The notes under the pieces: model-generated
What the model saw: the letters and a program-made list of their open reading frames with translations, nothing else
The model's database searches: none
Told to the model about the DNA's origin: nothing
Translations under genes and position numbers: made by a program
Assembly (NCBI GenBank): GCA_001643675.2
Contig: LSRY02000041.1
Coordinates: 62,001 to 126,000, forward strand
Reading direction: 5' to 3'
Origin: Monocercomonoides exilis PA203
Lineage: Eukaryota > Protista > Preaxostyla
DNA length: 64,000 nucleotides
In this document: one piece after another, positions 26,101 through 38,000 of the stretch
How the letters are laid out: each line of letters starts with the position of its first letter
How positions within the stretch are numbered: the first letter of the stretch is position 1

Positions 26101-29100
26101 CCTCTTCAACAACAAGAGCAACCTCTTCACATCCAGCCCAGTGCCCGTTATCTTCTGCAAGCAACTCCTTTTCCAGCTGGTGGAATAGCGGGCAATCTCC
26201 CAATCCACATCGCTCGTTTCTTCTGCAGTCTTTTCTGCGGTCGATGTCTTTTCTGTCGATGAATCTGGTCAGCTCCCTTGCCAATCACCATCTCTTCCCA
26301 TTCACTGTTCACTCGGCATCTGGATACAGTTGTTATCCTTTTGACACCCGCGAAAAGCAATGCGAGAGGAAACATTCAATTGTGGAATGCAAAGCAAAAA
26401 CAACAGAAAATTCATTGGATGACATGAAAAGAATAAATAAAGAGTTGTCTAATAATTGCATTGAGAACAACAGTTCTCAGTCCATTTCATCATCATCAAC
26501 AACATCATCATCATCATCTGCTCATTTCACACGCAACTGCACCATTCTATCCTCTCCACTTCACACAAAAGCCTTCATTTCTCTTCTTCATCGCTCTGGC
26601 ATTCCTCTTCTTGATCTGACGCCATCTCGTCTTTCATTCCTTTATGTTCCTGTGAAGAAGCTGTTATCCAAACAGAATCCTCATCTCACTAAGCTCGTAA
26701 CAGAGCTTGAGCAGCCGTATATTGGCAAGTCGTATTCTTTTCCTCTTTCACGAAACATGTTTTCAATGCTGGAGACGAAAATGGCGTTTATGCAGAAATA
26801 TCCGCTTTTCTCTGTTTTTGACAGGGGAAGCGGAGTGAAAGAGAACGAAGGAAGGATTGCTTCTCTGAAAGAACTGAAGCAGCGAAGCCAAAAAAAGAAC
26901 AAGAAAGATAAAAGGAAAAGTGAGTTCGATGCATCATTTGATGAAGAGATATGCGAACTTGATATTTGGGGCAATGAGATCGTGCTGGATTCTAATGATT
27001 GCTTACTAAAAAGGCGATCAAATTCAAACAGAAAAGGGAAGAAGCACAATAATCAAACAAAGGAATTTCTGATATCCCACCTGTTTCCTTCACTTCACAC
27101 TGCTTTGTCCTACCAGATTCATGTGAATGAGTCGCAGATCTACAACATTCGGATGCCACCAATCTTTATGTACTTCCCTACCATTTCCATTTATTCAAAC
27201 ATTTTCATTCCTCTTTCAACTTTACTTCCGTATTTTGCGCCTTTTGCTCTTTCTCTGCTCGTTTTTGATGAGCAGACACATTCACAGAGTGATCTGGAGC
27301 TATTATTTTGGAGAATGCCTCTTGGCTCAGAGGGAAATGTAGCTGATGCAGAAACAGAGAAGAGCAAAACATCACAGAAAATGGATCAATCGGCTGATGA
27401 ATCAACAGCCAATCAACCGAATTCCACATTAACAAAGAAATCCTCCTTCTCTTCATTAACGCAGTTTTCTTCCATTTCTTCTTCTCAATCTTCTTCTTCA
27501 CTTCGTCTTCAGCTCCCTCCATCCATTTCATATCTTCTCGGATTCAACCCAACAACGGGCCATCTTTCACCAGAATGGGGATTGAACCAACCAAATGGAT
27601 CGTCTCATCTCTTTCCTTCGCTCCCTTATTTGACTGATATTAATGGAGCTGTTCCTGAGGCTGAGAATTCTTCTAATCGAACGTCCAAGGGGCCTGTTTC
27701 AATTGATGATGTGAGAAAAAGGCTTATTCTCAACAATAAGGAGAGAATGAAAGGAAGTGGAAGAATTGGTGAGTTTGTGGAATTGAATAGAAAAGATACT
27801 TCGAACGAACAGATTGAAGAGGATAAGCTGCTGCTGATGCTGGCAGGGCTGGATCACAATGCATTCGGAACAAAGGCAAATGTGGCATATTCCGATCTTC
27901 TCACAACGAACGTACCAAAAGATGTGAGGGAGGGAGCTATTTTTGAGTTTCAGAATCAATCAATAAAAAAATTGGCTGAAAGAGCAGATGAGGCTGTCAA
28001 TGAGCTACTCGCAGAAGATCGCAATTTGAGGGAGATGGAGCAGAATGGTTTGAATCTCCCTCTTTCAGGAGCTGCGAAGGATGTGGAGTCTCTGAGTGAG
28101 TGGAACAGATCTGGTGGAGGAATAAGAAGGAGAAGAGGGCTGTTCAAAAGCATTCTGTGGTGGAAGAGAAGGAAAGAAATGGGATTGCTGACAGAAGGAA
28201 AATCCTCACAAATGAAATGCAAAGAAGGAGAGAAAGGAAGAATGGATGGAAACGAATCAAAAAATGAAAATGAAGAACTGGACGGAAAGGAAGAAAAAAT
28301 GGGTGAAAATGAAATAGATGATATTGATGATGATTTCTTAATTAATTCTTGGAGATCTTATTCTTTGCAATACAACTCTTATCATAATGTGTTCAATTGT
28401 TGGGATAAACAGTTTAAAACTGATCAAAATGAAATTATCAATGCTTCTGAATTCGAAAACAGAAAATCGTTGTTTAGTTCATATTTTTCAGTGCTTTCTT
28501 CATTCGGAATAGGATCAGGTTCTGTTCAATCTGATGGAGCAAGTCAAATTGAAGCTAGCAATGTTCAGTTTTTGCCAAATGAAACCAAAATTGGAGGGAA
28601 AGACAAAGAAAGTGAAGAAATAGAAAGAGAGGACAAAAAGAATCATTTGGAAAACTCTTTTTGGAGATATACACCAAAGGAAATTGAAAGAGCAATCTTT
28701 TGGGCTTTAAGCGAAAGCAGAGATGTTGAGCGATCAATTAATGCCAACCTTTTGCAGCTTCTCTTTCAGCCGCACCCTGTCGATCTGAATGCGCTTCAGA
28801 GAGTTAAAGGCAAACAAAATGAACATCAAAACGAAAAGACTGGCGTGTCGAACTCCAATGAAAGCGCAGATATTATTTCAAGTCAAAGCCAAATAAGACA
28901 CTTAAAAATGTCAAAAATTCAAGTAACGTCGATTGAGTTTATAAACATGCATCTTCAATCAACTCTATTTCGTCTGTCTGCTTTTGCAACAATTTCATCA
29001 CCAATAAGCATTTCATTGTCGCTCTTCTCTCTATTTCAAACATCTTTGAGAAAAATTACAGACTTTTTAAAAGGAAGTGAAAAGGATATTGATCAAAAGA

Positions 29101-32100
29101 TTAACAAACAAGAATTTCAAGGACTTGAAACAGAATGCAAAGCATTATCTGCCTCAAACAGAAAAAAGCTGCTAAAGCAACTTGATTCACAGCTTGTTTC
29201 TTTTATTCCATCATCAGTTCGAAAGTTCTCCATTTATCCATCTGCAAATACATTAAGCTTTACTGAAATATTGTGTTCGTTGAATTCTAATGAATTAGAA
29301 AATAAACTGGGAATCTCATCTCCTGTCATCGCAGATTTAGCCTCATTTCGAGTAGCTGCACAATTTTTGGAATATCTTCTGTTCTTTTTCAGCAAAGAAT
29401 TAGCAAATCACATTCAGAAATTACACATGTTGAGTTCAACGCTTACTCTTGCAGAGTCTCGTGCAGCTGAAGCCGTTGCTGCGTGGACTCTGTGCCTTTC
29501 CGACTATTCTTCCCACTTATCAACTTCAAAAACACCACTTCCTCCACTGGAATCGAAAGAAAGTAATTCACAAGAGATAACAGCAAAATTTCAGTTTCTA
29601 TCTGTTAAAGCACACGAAGCTGTTTGTGTCTGCAGACAGCTTCATCGCACTCAGCTGAATGAATGCTCGCTTTTTAACGGATGTTTGACGATGGATGGAT
29701 TCTGCCTTTTGATGAAGTTCATAACATCTCTCATGATTGGAACTTGGCTAAATGAGGAAGATGCAATCAAAGATAGCCAGGGATTTATCGGGAAAACCAA
29801 ACTTACTCCAGCTTATCAACATTATCCTTTTTATTTGCTTGAGGTTATTCAAATGCTGCTGCGAATGTTGTGCACGCAACAGAATTGGAGACTATTAACT
29901 CATTGGATCAGTGCAAAAAGGTGTAATGGCATAAGCTCTGAACTTTCATCTGTGTTGTGTTTTTCGCCATTGAACGTTGATTTTATCCCAACTTTTAGCA
30001 AATTGGAAGGAAAAGAAGATAGATTTTTATCATCAACATTGATTTCACCAGAACTTGCGCATAGAATAAGCATTGCTTTTTCGTTTGTGTGTATGGTTGT
30101 TGAAGCATGTGTGTATCTTCTTTTTTCTGAAGATTGTGTAGCGTGCCGACTTGAAACGCGAAATATTTGCTGTTCGATGCTTATGCTCATCCTCAGCTTC
30201 TCTGCTGAGTCAAGATTTGTGTTTGTTGAGGCATTGACCCGATCGCACACTATTAAAAATATTTTACTCGATTCAAAACTTCAAAGACAATTGCGTGAAC
30301 AATTAAACTTGGAAAATGTTAGCTCCGATAATGCCTCGGATGATTTCACGACAATGGATCCAACTAGTTCGAATGCAAAAGTTGAAACAATATCGTTTGA
30401 TTGGAACATTAAAGGAAAATTTGAGCAATGCAAAAATTGGAATATTGCTCAAGCTACAGTGATATTTGTTATGATGCTCTTTACTTATCGCCAAAAAACT
30501 CAACCTCTTGCTTTGCTTTCGGTGATTGCATCGACATCCATGGAAGCATCTCACAAGTCTCTTGTGAAATCACCTTTCCAAGCTGATTCTTTCGAAATGC
30601 TTAACTTGAAAGCAATTCTTGAGCATTCGGCGATCTTCATGCCTCTCCTTTTATCGACGCCTGCCTCAAACGATGATGAAGTTTTGGTGATTGATGACGA
30701 ACTTTGGAAGGCATTTCTGTTTTGTTTGCAAAATCTTGATTATGCTTCGATGATAGATCGTGCAACGGATAAGGATGAACGCACAGATTGTCCTTCTTTA
30801 GAAAAAGATAAACAATCTAACGAAGATGGGAGAAATAAGACAAATGGTCACGCACTTGTTGAATTTGTCATTCCGATAGATAATTTGCCTATTGGAATTG
30901 GTGGAAAGACATATGTTGAAAAGTTAGATTCATATGTTTGCGACACTTATCTTAACAAAATGCTAGAACTGTTTAAAAGTGCGTCAAATTCAAATCAACT
31001 ACAGCAAGCAGTTGAGCCTCCAGCAAATATTGCATCTTCAAGTGATTCTAATCACGGTGAAGAAGCAACAAAGAGTTTGCCTCATTTGAGACATATAACA
31101 GCGCAGCAGCAATTTATCTCGTCTTTGCTTCAGCAAAGCAACTCCTGTCTTACGGAAGTTATTAACATGGAGCGTAAGGTGAACGAAAGTGCAAAGCAAA
31201 TTGATAATTTGGAGTGGAACTTTATTGAACGCAGAATTAAGAGTGTGTTCGATCAGCTAAGTGTTTTGCTGCGTCTCTTGGAAGGCATCATATGCAAAGC
31301 TCCACACTTTTTATTTACACACGACAGAACAATAAAGCCTGATAAAGCAATAGGATTAAAATCTGATCTGCAAAATAATACTTCATCAGGATTTCGTTCA
31401 TCAAATCTGAAGTTATCTTTGGAGAGTGAGATGCTTGCTTCTGAACTTATTGATTTTCTCTCTTCGGTTATTCGTTTTGCTTCTTCTCGTCAGGGAATGA
31501 CACGCGTTACGCGCGAGGCCGTGTGGTCTGCAATTTCTCTGCCGTTTATTCCTTCGATTGTTGCTCCAGCTGTGCAAATACTTGTTCATGTGGGAATAAT
31601 ATTCAGCTTCTTTTTTGTGAATGATTCACGTTTGCTTTCGGATTCTTCGTTGAATGTTGCTCAAATGAAAGGGATTGGCAGATGGTGCCATGAACAAATT
31701 GCGATTCGTTATGCCACAAAAAGTTATTTAAAAGAAGATAATTCAAATTCAGCACAAACAATTTTCTGTACTAAGAATATTCACAGAAAAGAAATAGCAC
31801 ACAGTTTTCATGTTTTATCATGCTTTGAGAATATTGCTGATTGGATTGAAGCAAAAAGAGATAAGTTTTCGAATCACACTTCGAGTTTTCAAGCATCTTC
31901 TTCGACGCAATCAATTGATTCCGAAGATTCAGGAAAAAAAGACGATTTATCAGAATGCCAGATATGTTTTGCAAGAGCATGTGATACAATTATTGAGCCG
32001 TGCAAGCACGAAATATGCGCTCATTGTTTTATAAGGATTTCTGAATCAACAAATGTTTGTCCTTTCTGTAGTGTCAAAATCACTGGAAGCAAAAAAAAGA

Positions 32101-32117
32101 TAGATGCTAAAAATTGA
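23127..32117 (+). CDS. SPRY + C-terminal RING E3 ubiquitin ligase, RNF123/KPC1-like, greatly expanded
   Basis: Three exons, with introns at about 23410-23490 and 24020-24172. SPRY motifs GRWQFEATL, GDVIGVRID, FFRNGISLGPAFENI and spliced NYG|DIPFRYP. C3HC4 RING CQIC...PCKHEICAHC...CPFC at the extreme C-terminus. Confidence 0.82.
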
Positions 32118-32259
32118 AATTCTAAAAAGTGTTCCAAATGTAGCATTGAGGATTTAAGTTCATTTGCAGAGCCAAAGAAGTTAAAGCATTTCTAATATTT
32201 TCGAGAATGAAATTTGTTATATGCAAATCAGAAAAAAGTTCAATGTGCAGTTTTCATAT

Positions 32260-32438
32260 GGGACAGAATTTTTTCATTTAAGAAAAAATTAATGATTTGT
32301 TCCAGACTTTTTTTGAAATCATATAATTACAAAACTGACATTATAGTGCTATATTGAATATTGAAATATTATAAAGTTGAAAAAAATCCTTGAAAGAACT
32401 GTGTGGAATAAAATTCACAATGCAAAATATTTCGTCCC
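32260..32438. mobile_element. Putative MITE (179 bp) with GGGAC termini and ATAT flanks
   Basis: ATAT|GGGACAGAATTTTTT ... AAAATATTTCGTCCC|ATAT: about 12/15 inverted match plus a 4-bp direct flank. Confidence 0.5.
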
Positions 32439-32593
32439 ATATTTATTTGTTTTCAATAAGTTTTTGTTAATTTTTAAATATTCACAAAAATACATTTTTA
32501 TGTTATCATTAGAAATAGGAATTTTTGATAGAAATTCATTGGTAGACTGATTTTTTTATTCTTAACAAAAATAAAGAAAAGGAAATACTTATC

Positions 32594-32706
32594 AAAAAAA
32601 AAAAAAAATAAAAAAAAAAAAATAAAAAATAAAATAAAATAAAATAAAATAAAATAAAATAAAATAAAATAAAATAAAATAAAATAAAATAAAATAAAAT
32701 AAAAAT
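32594..32706 (+). repeat. A-rich tract / (AAAAT)n microsatellite
   Basis: Poly-A grading into more than 14 AAAAT units. Confidence 0.95.
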
Positions 32707-33351
32707 ATTCTCTTTGAAATAAATTTAAGGTGTTTTTTTCATCCGGACTTTTTTTTATCAGGACAAAAATTAAAATAAAAATATCTCAACAAATATTCAA
32801 TATTTATTTACAGAAATTTGAATAGTTGTATATGGGTGTTTTTTTTTGATATCATAAAAAATTCTGACGTTTGATCAAAGAATTTTTTCATTAAGGGTTG
32901 ATTTAAAAAGAAAAATAAAAGTGATGACCATTCAAATATATTGTTTGATAAATAATTATTTTTAATTGTTTGTTGCTTTTTATTTGATTTTAATTGTTTT
33001 TATTACAAATTTTGAAAAAAATAAAAAATTATTCTGAATAATTTCAAAACTGAAGTAAATAGAACAAAACTTTTGTTTTGTGGTTTTAACAACATGGGCA
33101 ATATTTTTGGAAAGGTGGGAAAAATTGATCTGACCCAGTATTAATCTATTTTTAGGGAGAAAATTCAAAAATAATTTCTGTATTAATTGTTTGGTTTAGG
33201 TTGAAGGGTTAGCGTAATTGTTCTTGGGCCTAGGGTTTTGTTTCCGCTCTTCTTTAAAGTGTTTTCGTTCGAAAAAAGTGGTTCATTTTTTGATCAATTT
33301 TTAGGGTTATGGTTTGGTTATAAATATTTGTGGAAGAAAAGTATAGAAATA

Positions 33352-34977
33352 GTGGGGGACTAAATCCGGGCCGGGGAGGAAACCCGGGCCATTGATATAA
33401 AAATAGGAATTTTTTATTTTTCCTTTTTTTGTGTTTGTATTTCATTTCATGGATTGAAACAAAGAAAAACAGTAAAGATAAAGATATTTTTCAATTATGA
33501 AAAAGTTGTGCATCCCAAAAAAAGCTTCAATGATATGGAATAAATAAAAAAATGTTTTCAGAACAAATCGGATAAATCATCAGAAGAGTAATAAACAGCT
33601 CCAAATGAAGTCCCATTGGTGCAGATTTGGGTTCAACGCCAGGGAATACCCATTCTGGAGGATTATCAGGAAGATTTGATAAAATCTTCTCTGGGTTAAT
33701 TGGCCATAACCCTGTGCTTTTCCAAGAAGACTTATAAGTTTCTGGATACGAAGCGGCTGCAAGTCCATTTCTTAAGATTTCAATAAGAATTTCTCTTTTT
33801 GAAGATGCTGAGGTTGTTGTTCCGCTTTCTTTGGCTTTTCCAAACACCCTTTTCATGCTTGCGAAGATGTATTGATCATTAGGCTGCAAAATGTGAGAAG
33901 TGTGTGATGGAAGTTTAACAAGATCAATTAAATTATCCTTGCATAATTGAAGAATTTCCGTCTGAAAATGTCCCACTCCACCATCCATAATGAGGACGGT
34001 ATGCTTTTCTTTCTTTCCCACTGCAATTCTTTTATTTCTAATTTCTGAGATTACGCACTTTTTGAACAAGTCCAAAAAAATTGCTGATGTAACATGACCA
34101 GATAAAGTAGGAATGAACACTTCGTGTGAAGTTGTTCCAAGCTTGTATTCTTCTGGAAGCGTTGAAAATGGAATCAATATGGGTGTCAAATATCGACACC
34201 CGTCTGCACTTGTCATGAAGATAATTGAAGTCGAAGTTAACAAGTTAACTTCAGGAACAACTGCAGAAGGAGTCGAGGATGAAGAAGCAACAAGTTCAGG
34301 TTGTTGTTTGGATGAAAAAGTGGAAGTTTCATCCAAGTTAAATAATAGCTGTGGAATTGGATTGACACTTTCAAACAATTTCTTCACTTCGTCAAAGAAG
34401 GGCACGATTGTATATTTCGAAGTGTGGGCTGCTCTCTCTAAAGGCAAAGAAATTGGTTTTGCAAGACTAATTTCTAAGTGCCTTTTCAAAAATCGTTTCA
34501 ATCAATGTTTGTCTGCAGTTTTTTCTTCATCTCCTTCTTTTCTCTTTGTTTTTTAACAAATCATTTGCCTGAATAAAAAAAAAATAAAACAAATAATTAT
34601 AAGCGAAATACATTCCATTTGAGTTATTTTATTTATGAAAGAAATATTCCACTCTCTGCATCGTGAATTATCACTGTGGTTAAATACTGTTCGTCAGAAT
34701 TTTCAAATAGAGTCTGTCTTCCACATTTTCCAGGTGTATTCCTTTTTTTTTCTGCGGCGAGTACTCTTTGCACTGAAGAGCGAGAAAGGACCTGAGCTCG
34801 GGCTATTTTTCTCGTTGGAATGTTCAAAATGTTGTGTAGGAAAATTGCTTTCAAGTTCACATCTTCCAACTCACGAATTTCAGCAGTTGCACAAAGTGTT
34901 GATACAGTAAAAATTGTTTTTTTCATCAGTGATCACAAAAATCAAACTATGGGTGAGGTCCGGGTTTCCTCCCCAAC
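33352..34977 (-). mobile_element. pogo/Fot1-type DNA transposon A
   Basis: TA|GTGGGGGACTAAATCCGGGCC-GGGGAGGAAACCCGGGCC on the left and GGTCCGGGTTTCCTCCCCAAC|TA on the right. Encloses a DDE_1 transposase. Confidence 0.85.
33527..34926 (-). pseudogene. pogo-family DD35D transposase, inactivated
   Basis: HTH-like N-terminus (RKIARAQVLSRSSVQR), then FNLDETS, LIMDG and LPSHTSHILQPND with 35 residues between D2 and D3. In-frame stops near 34633 and at 34502-34504 (TGA at a likely Trp). Probable 43-bp intron at 34569-34611. Confidence 0.88.
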
Positions 34978-34985
34978 TAAAAATA

Positions 34986-35069
34986 GAGCACTCTAGCTGA
35001 TCGGCATAAGCGATTTGCTAACAAACTTGCAAGTTGGTGAGTCTAAGGTTCGAGCCCGGAGGGGTGCTC
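34986..35069 (+). tRNA. tRNA-like sequence / tRNA pseudogene, anticodon ambiguous (AAC or TGC)
   Basis: Acceptor-like stem GAGCACTC/GGGTGCTC, A box TAGCTGATCGG, D-arm GCT...AGC and B box GGTTCGAGCC. The anticodon arm and T stem are imperfect. Confidence 0.5.
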
Positions 35070-38000
35070 TATTTTGCCATTTTTTCAATAAAAAATTTTG
35101 TCCACCTTTCTTTAATCATGCAAAAACATGATAACAATAATCACAACACATTATCAATCAATATCTTAATCAAAACACTGTCAATGCTATTGCAAAGAAA
35201 TTATAAAATTGCTGACGAAGATCATCAAACTTTAGAAAAAAATGAACAAATTTCAAAATTACACAAAAAAATATGATAGTTATACAAGACATTTATTGCA
35301 TAAACAACAATTTATAATGAATTATTATTAAGAAACAATTAATTCTTTGGAGAAGTTACCAAAATAAATTAGATAAAAAAAAAAAAAAATAACAAAGAAA
35401 ATTTAGAAAAAAAATGAGAAGAAATACGAAAATTTATGCTTTTTTCACTCAAAAATGTTTTGCTTAACAGCAATTCTCTTTTATTCTCCATCATCCACCT
35501 CTTAGGCATAGCCTTGCTTGAAAGCTGAGTTTATCTTTTATGGGGCTGTTCATTTTCCATGCAGACTCTGCAAACACTCCTTTCGTCTGAGATGATTGAT
35601 GAAGAAGAAGTGGGTATGCTCATTTATGTAACACCATCTCCGCTGTCTCCTTGCCTGGCCTGTTTCTCCACATCTCTGCTATATCCACTTTAACAGTACT
35701 TGTGTCCTTTCAATTCATTTTCACTATGTTCGCTGATTCTTCACTCATGGCAGTTTTCCCGTCTGCTCTGACCGACTCAACTGCTTTGAGGCAACCTGAA
35801 CCAGAACCCAGAACAGTATTCGGATGTGAATCTGCAAACTGTGCCACATTTTGCTCTTATGCAAGGGGCCAGCTCTTATGTGAAACGCTGAGAGAGAATG
35901 TGCAATGGGCTGTGCTACCAATACATATGCTTTCACCAGCTGCGTGAGCGAAGAGTCGACCGAGCGAAGAGCCGCGATTGTGTGTCTCCACTGCGAGAAG
36001 TCATCATTGCGCTTGCTCGCATGCATCCTCAAATTCTGCTTCGCCCTCAACAACGCCTATCGAGGAAAGGACCTCTTTCTCCAGTGCTTCTCAATCACAG
36101 CACAGATCAACGAGTCCCTCTTTTCCTTCGACTTCACCCAGCCTTCTCAAGCCACCAATACCTCCATCTGATGCTCTGACTCCTTTCACACCGATCTAGA
36201 CCTCGACTTCAACAAAGAAACCTTCATCACATTCTGCTGGGTGTCCCAGATATTCTTCAAACAGAACACCAGCTCCTCTCCTAAGCTATGCTGTTCCCCG
36301 CTTGGTCCCTGTATCTCCTTCTCCACTTCCATAATTTATATCTTCCTCCACAATTGCCTTCCCAACATTCGAATTTGGTCTTACTCAAACAATCGTGTTT
36401 TTGTTCACTTTGCATTTTCCCGTTCGCTGATATTGCATTAAACAACAACTGCATCCTCATCTCATTCCACTCCTCCTTCCGCTCCTCCTTTGCTTCAATC
36501 AACTTTTCAGTCTTTCACATTTTCGACTGATTCCTCCAGACATCTTTCTGAATCTTTTCTCTCTCGCTTCAATTTCTCCTCCTTCAGTGCTTCACAGTCT
36601 TGTGCGTGATTGACGTTGGATTTAGCAACTCCGTCTAACATCTCTCGCAACAGATCTCTCCATTAAAGCAGACAGCGCTATTCTTCTTATTCAATGTCAA
36701 ATTTGTCATGAAGCTCTTTTCGAATCATGAATTCCTTCTTCACTAACATCTTGCTCTCCAAGATCAGCAGTTGCGCACATGCCAACAACTATGAGTCCAC
36801 CAACAACAGCCTTGCCGTTTGGAATTACCACTTCTCCCACAGCAACTTCGTCTGCTCCGATGCCGGTAAACTCAACATCGCTTTCATGAATCGGCTTGGA
36901 ACATATGCACCGTTGTTCAGCACCATTCACTGTCACTCAAATACATCACCCCTGGTTCCTATGTTCCTGCTTCCAAGCATTTTCAGATTGCAAAAGATCT
37001 TCTTCCCAAGAACCGCACTTAAAAAACGCTGCAAGAATGAAAATATTAGAGCAAAAAGAGAAAAAGAAGGGTTAGAAATGTTCTGTGCTTAGAGAGACTT
37101 CAGAAAGAGCTAATAAGAGTCTGTTGCAGAAAATGAAGGAGTTGGTGGCTTCGCCGGAGTTCCAACAAGAACAGAAGGGGCTGACAATTGTGTGTGCGTG
37201 CTCACAATTAAAGGAGGAGAAGCAATTATCGAGGAGGATGAGATGTTTTGAGCGTGCAGATGTGTAGATGAGGATGTGCAATTGAACGAGTGTAAAATCT
37301 GCTGCTGTTCATTTTCAATATCACCTCCTCCTTTTATTCCCATGTTCCTCCTCTTTTCTGTTACTATCTGTGCAAGTCTTGTTTCGAAAGCGTCAATTTG
37401 CAATGTGTGAAAATCATCTTTCTTTTTTGTTTTCATCTTCGTCTTTGACTCTTTCTGCTGTCTCCCTTTTCTCGTCTCTGCACTCAACTTGCTTCTGAAA
37501 TCCAACTTCTATGCCTCTTCCATTTGAACTTGAACTTCTCTCTCTTCGCTTCTTGGTGGTGTCATAAAGCGAGCTGATAAACGCAATGCACCTGGCAGCT
37601 CCTTCCCACTCAACTGCCATTTCTCATTCGATGCCCATTCACCTCATTCACCCTGTTTAGCACAGCCGGAGCGCGGAAGCCGTGCGAAGTCCCTAAGCAT
37701 AGCAGGATGAGCGCTGCAAAAGAGAAGAGAGGTTCAAATGCACATCCAGCGAAGCTACAGAATGCATTGATAACGATGATGATGAAAAAGAGAATAATGA
37801 AAAAGGAGGAGGCGATAGTGGAGAAGAAGATGATGATGAATGGAACACAATGAAGCAGAGAACAACGATTTCAAAGCAGGAAGAGGATGAGGAATGAGAG
37901 AAAGAAGGAGCGGAGGGTTGCCGAAATCCAGGAGCAAATTCCAAAGAAGACGCAGAATCAGAAGAAGTCGACAATTTCTTCTCAGATGGCAGAGGTTTTG

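Noticed and set aside
1-32117. Genome-wide TAA/TAG-to-Gln reassignment
   Set aside because: ORFs of 1,842 and 2,602 aa rich in Gln contain no in-frame TAR, and the pseudogenes are interrupted by TGA as well as TAR.
34986-35069. Functional tRNA or selenocysteine tRNA
   Set aside because: No TCA anticodon, a mismatched T stem and an irregular anticodon arm. Kept only as tRNA-like.
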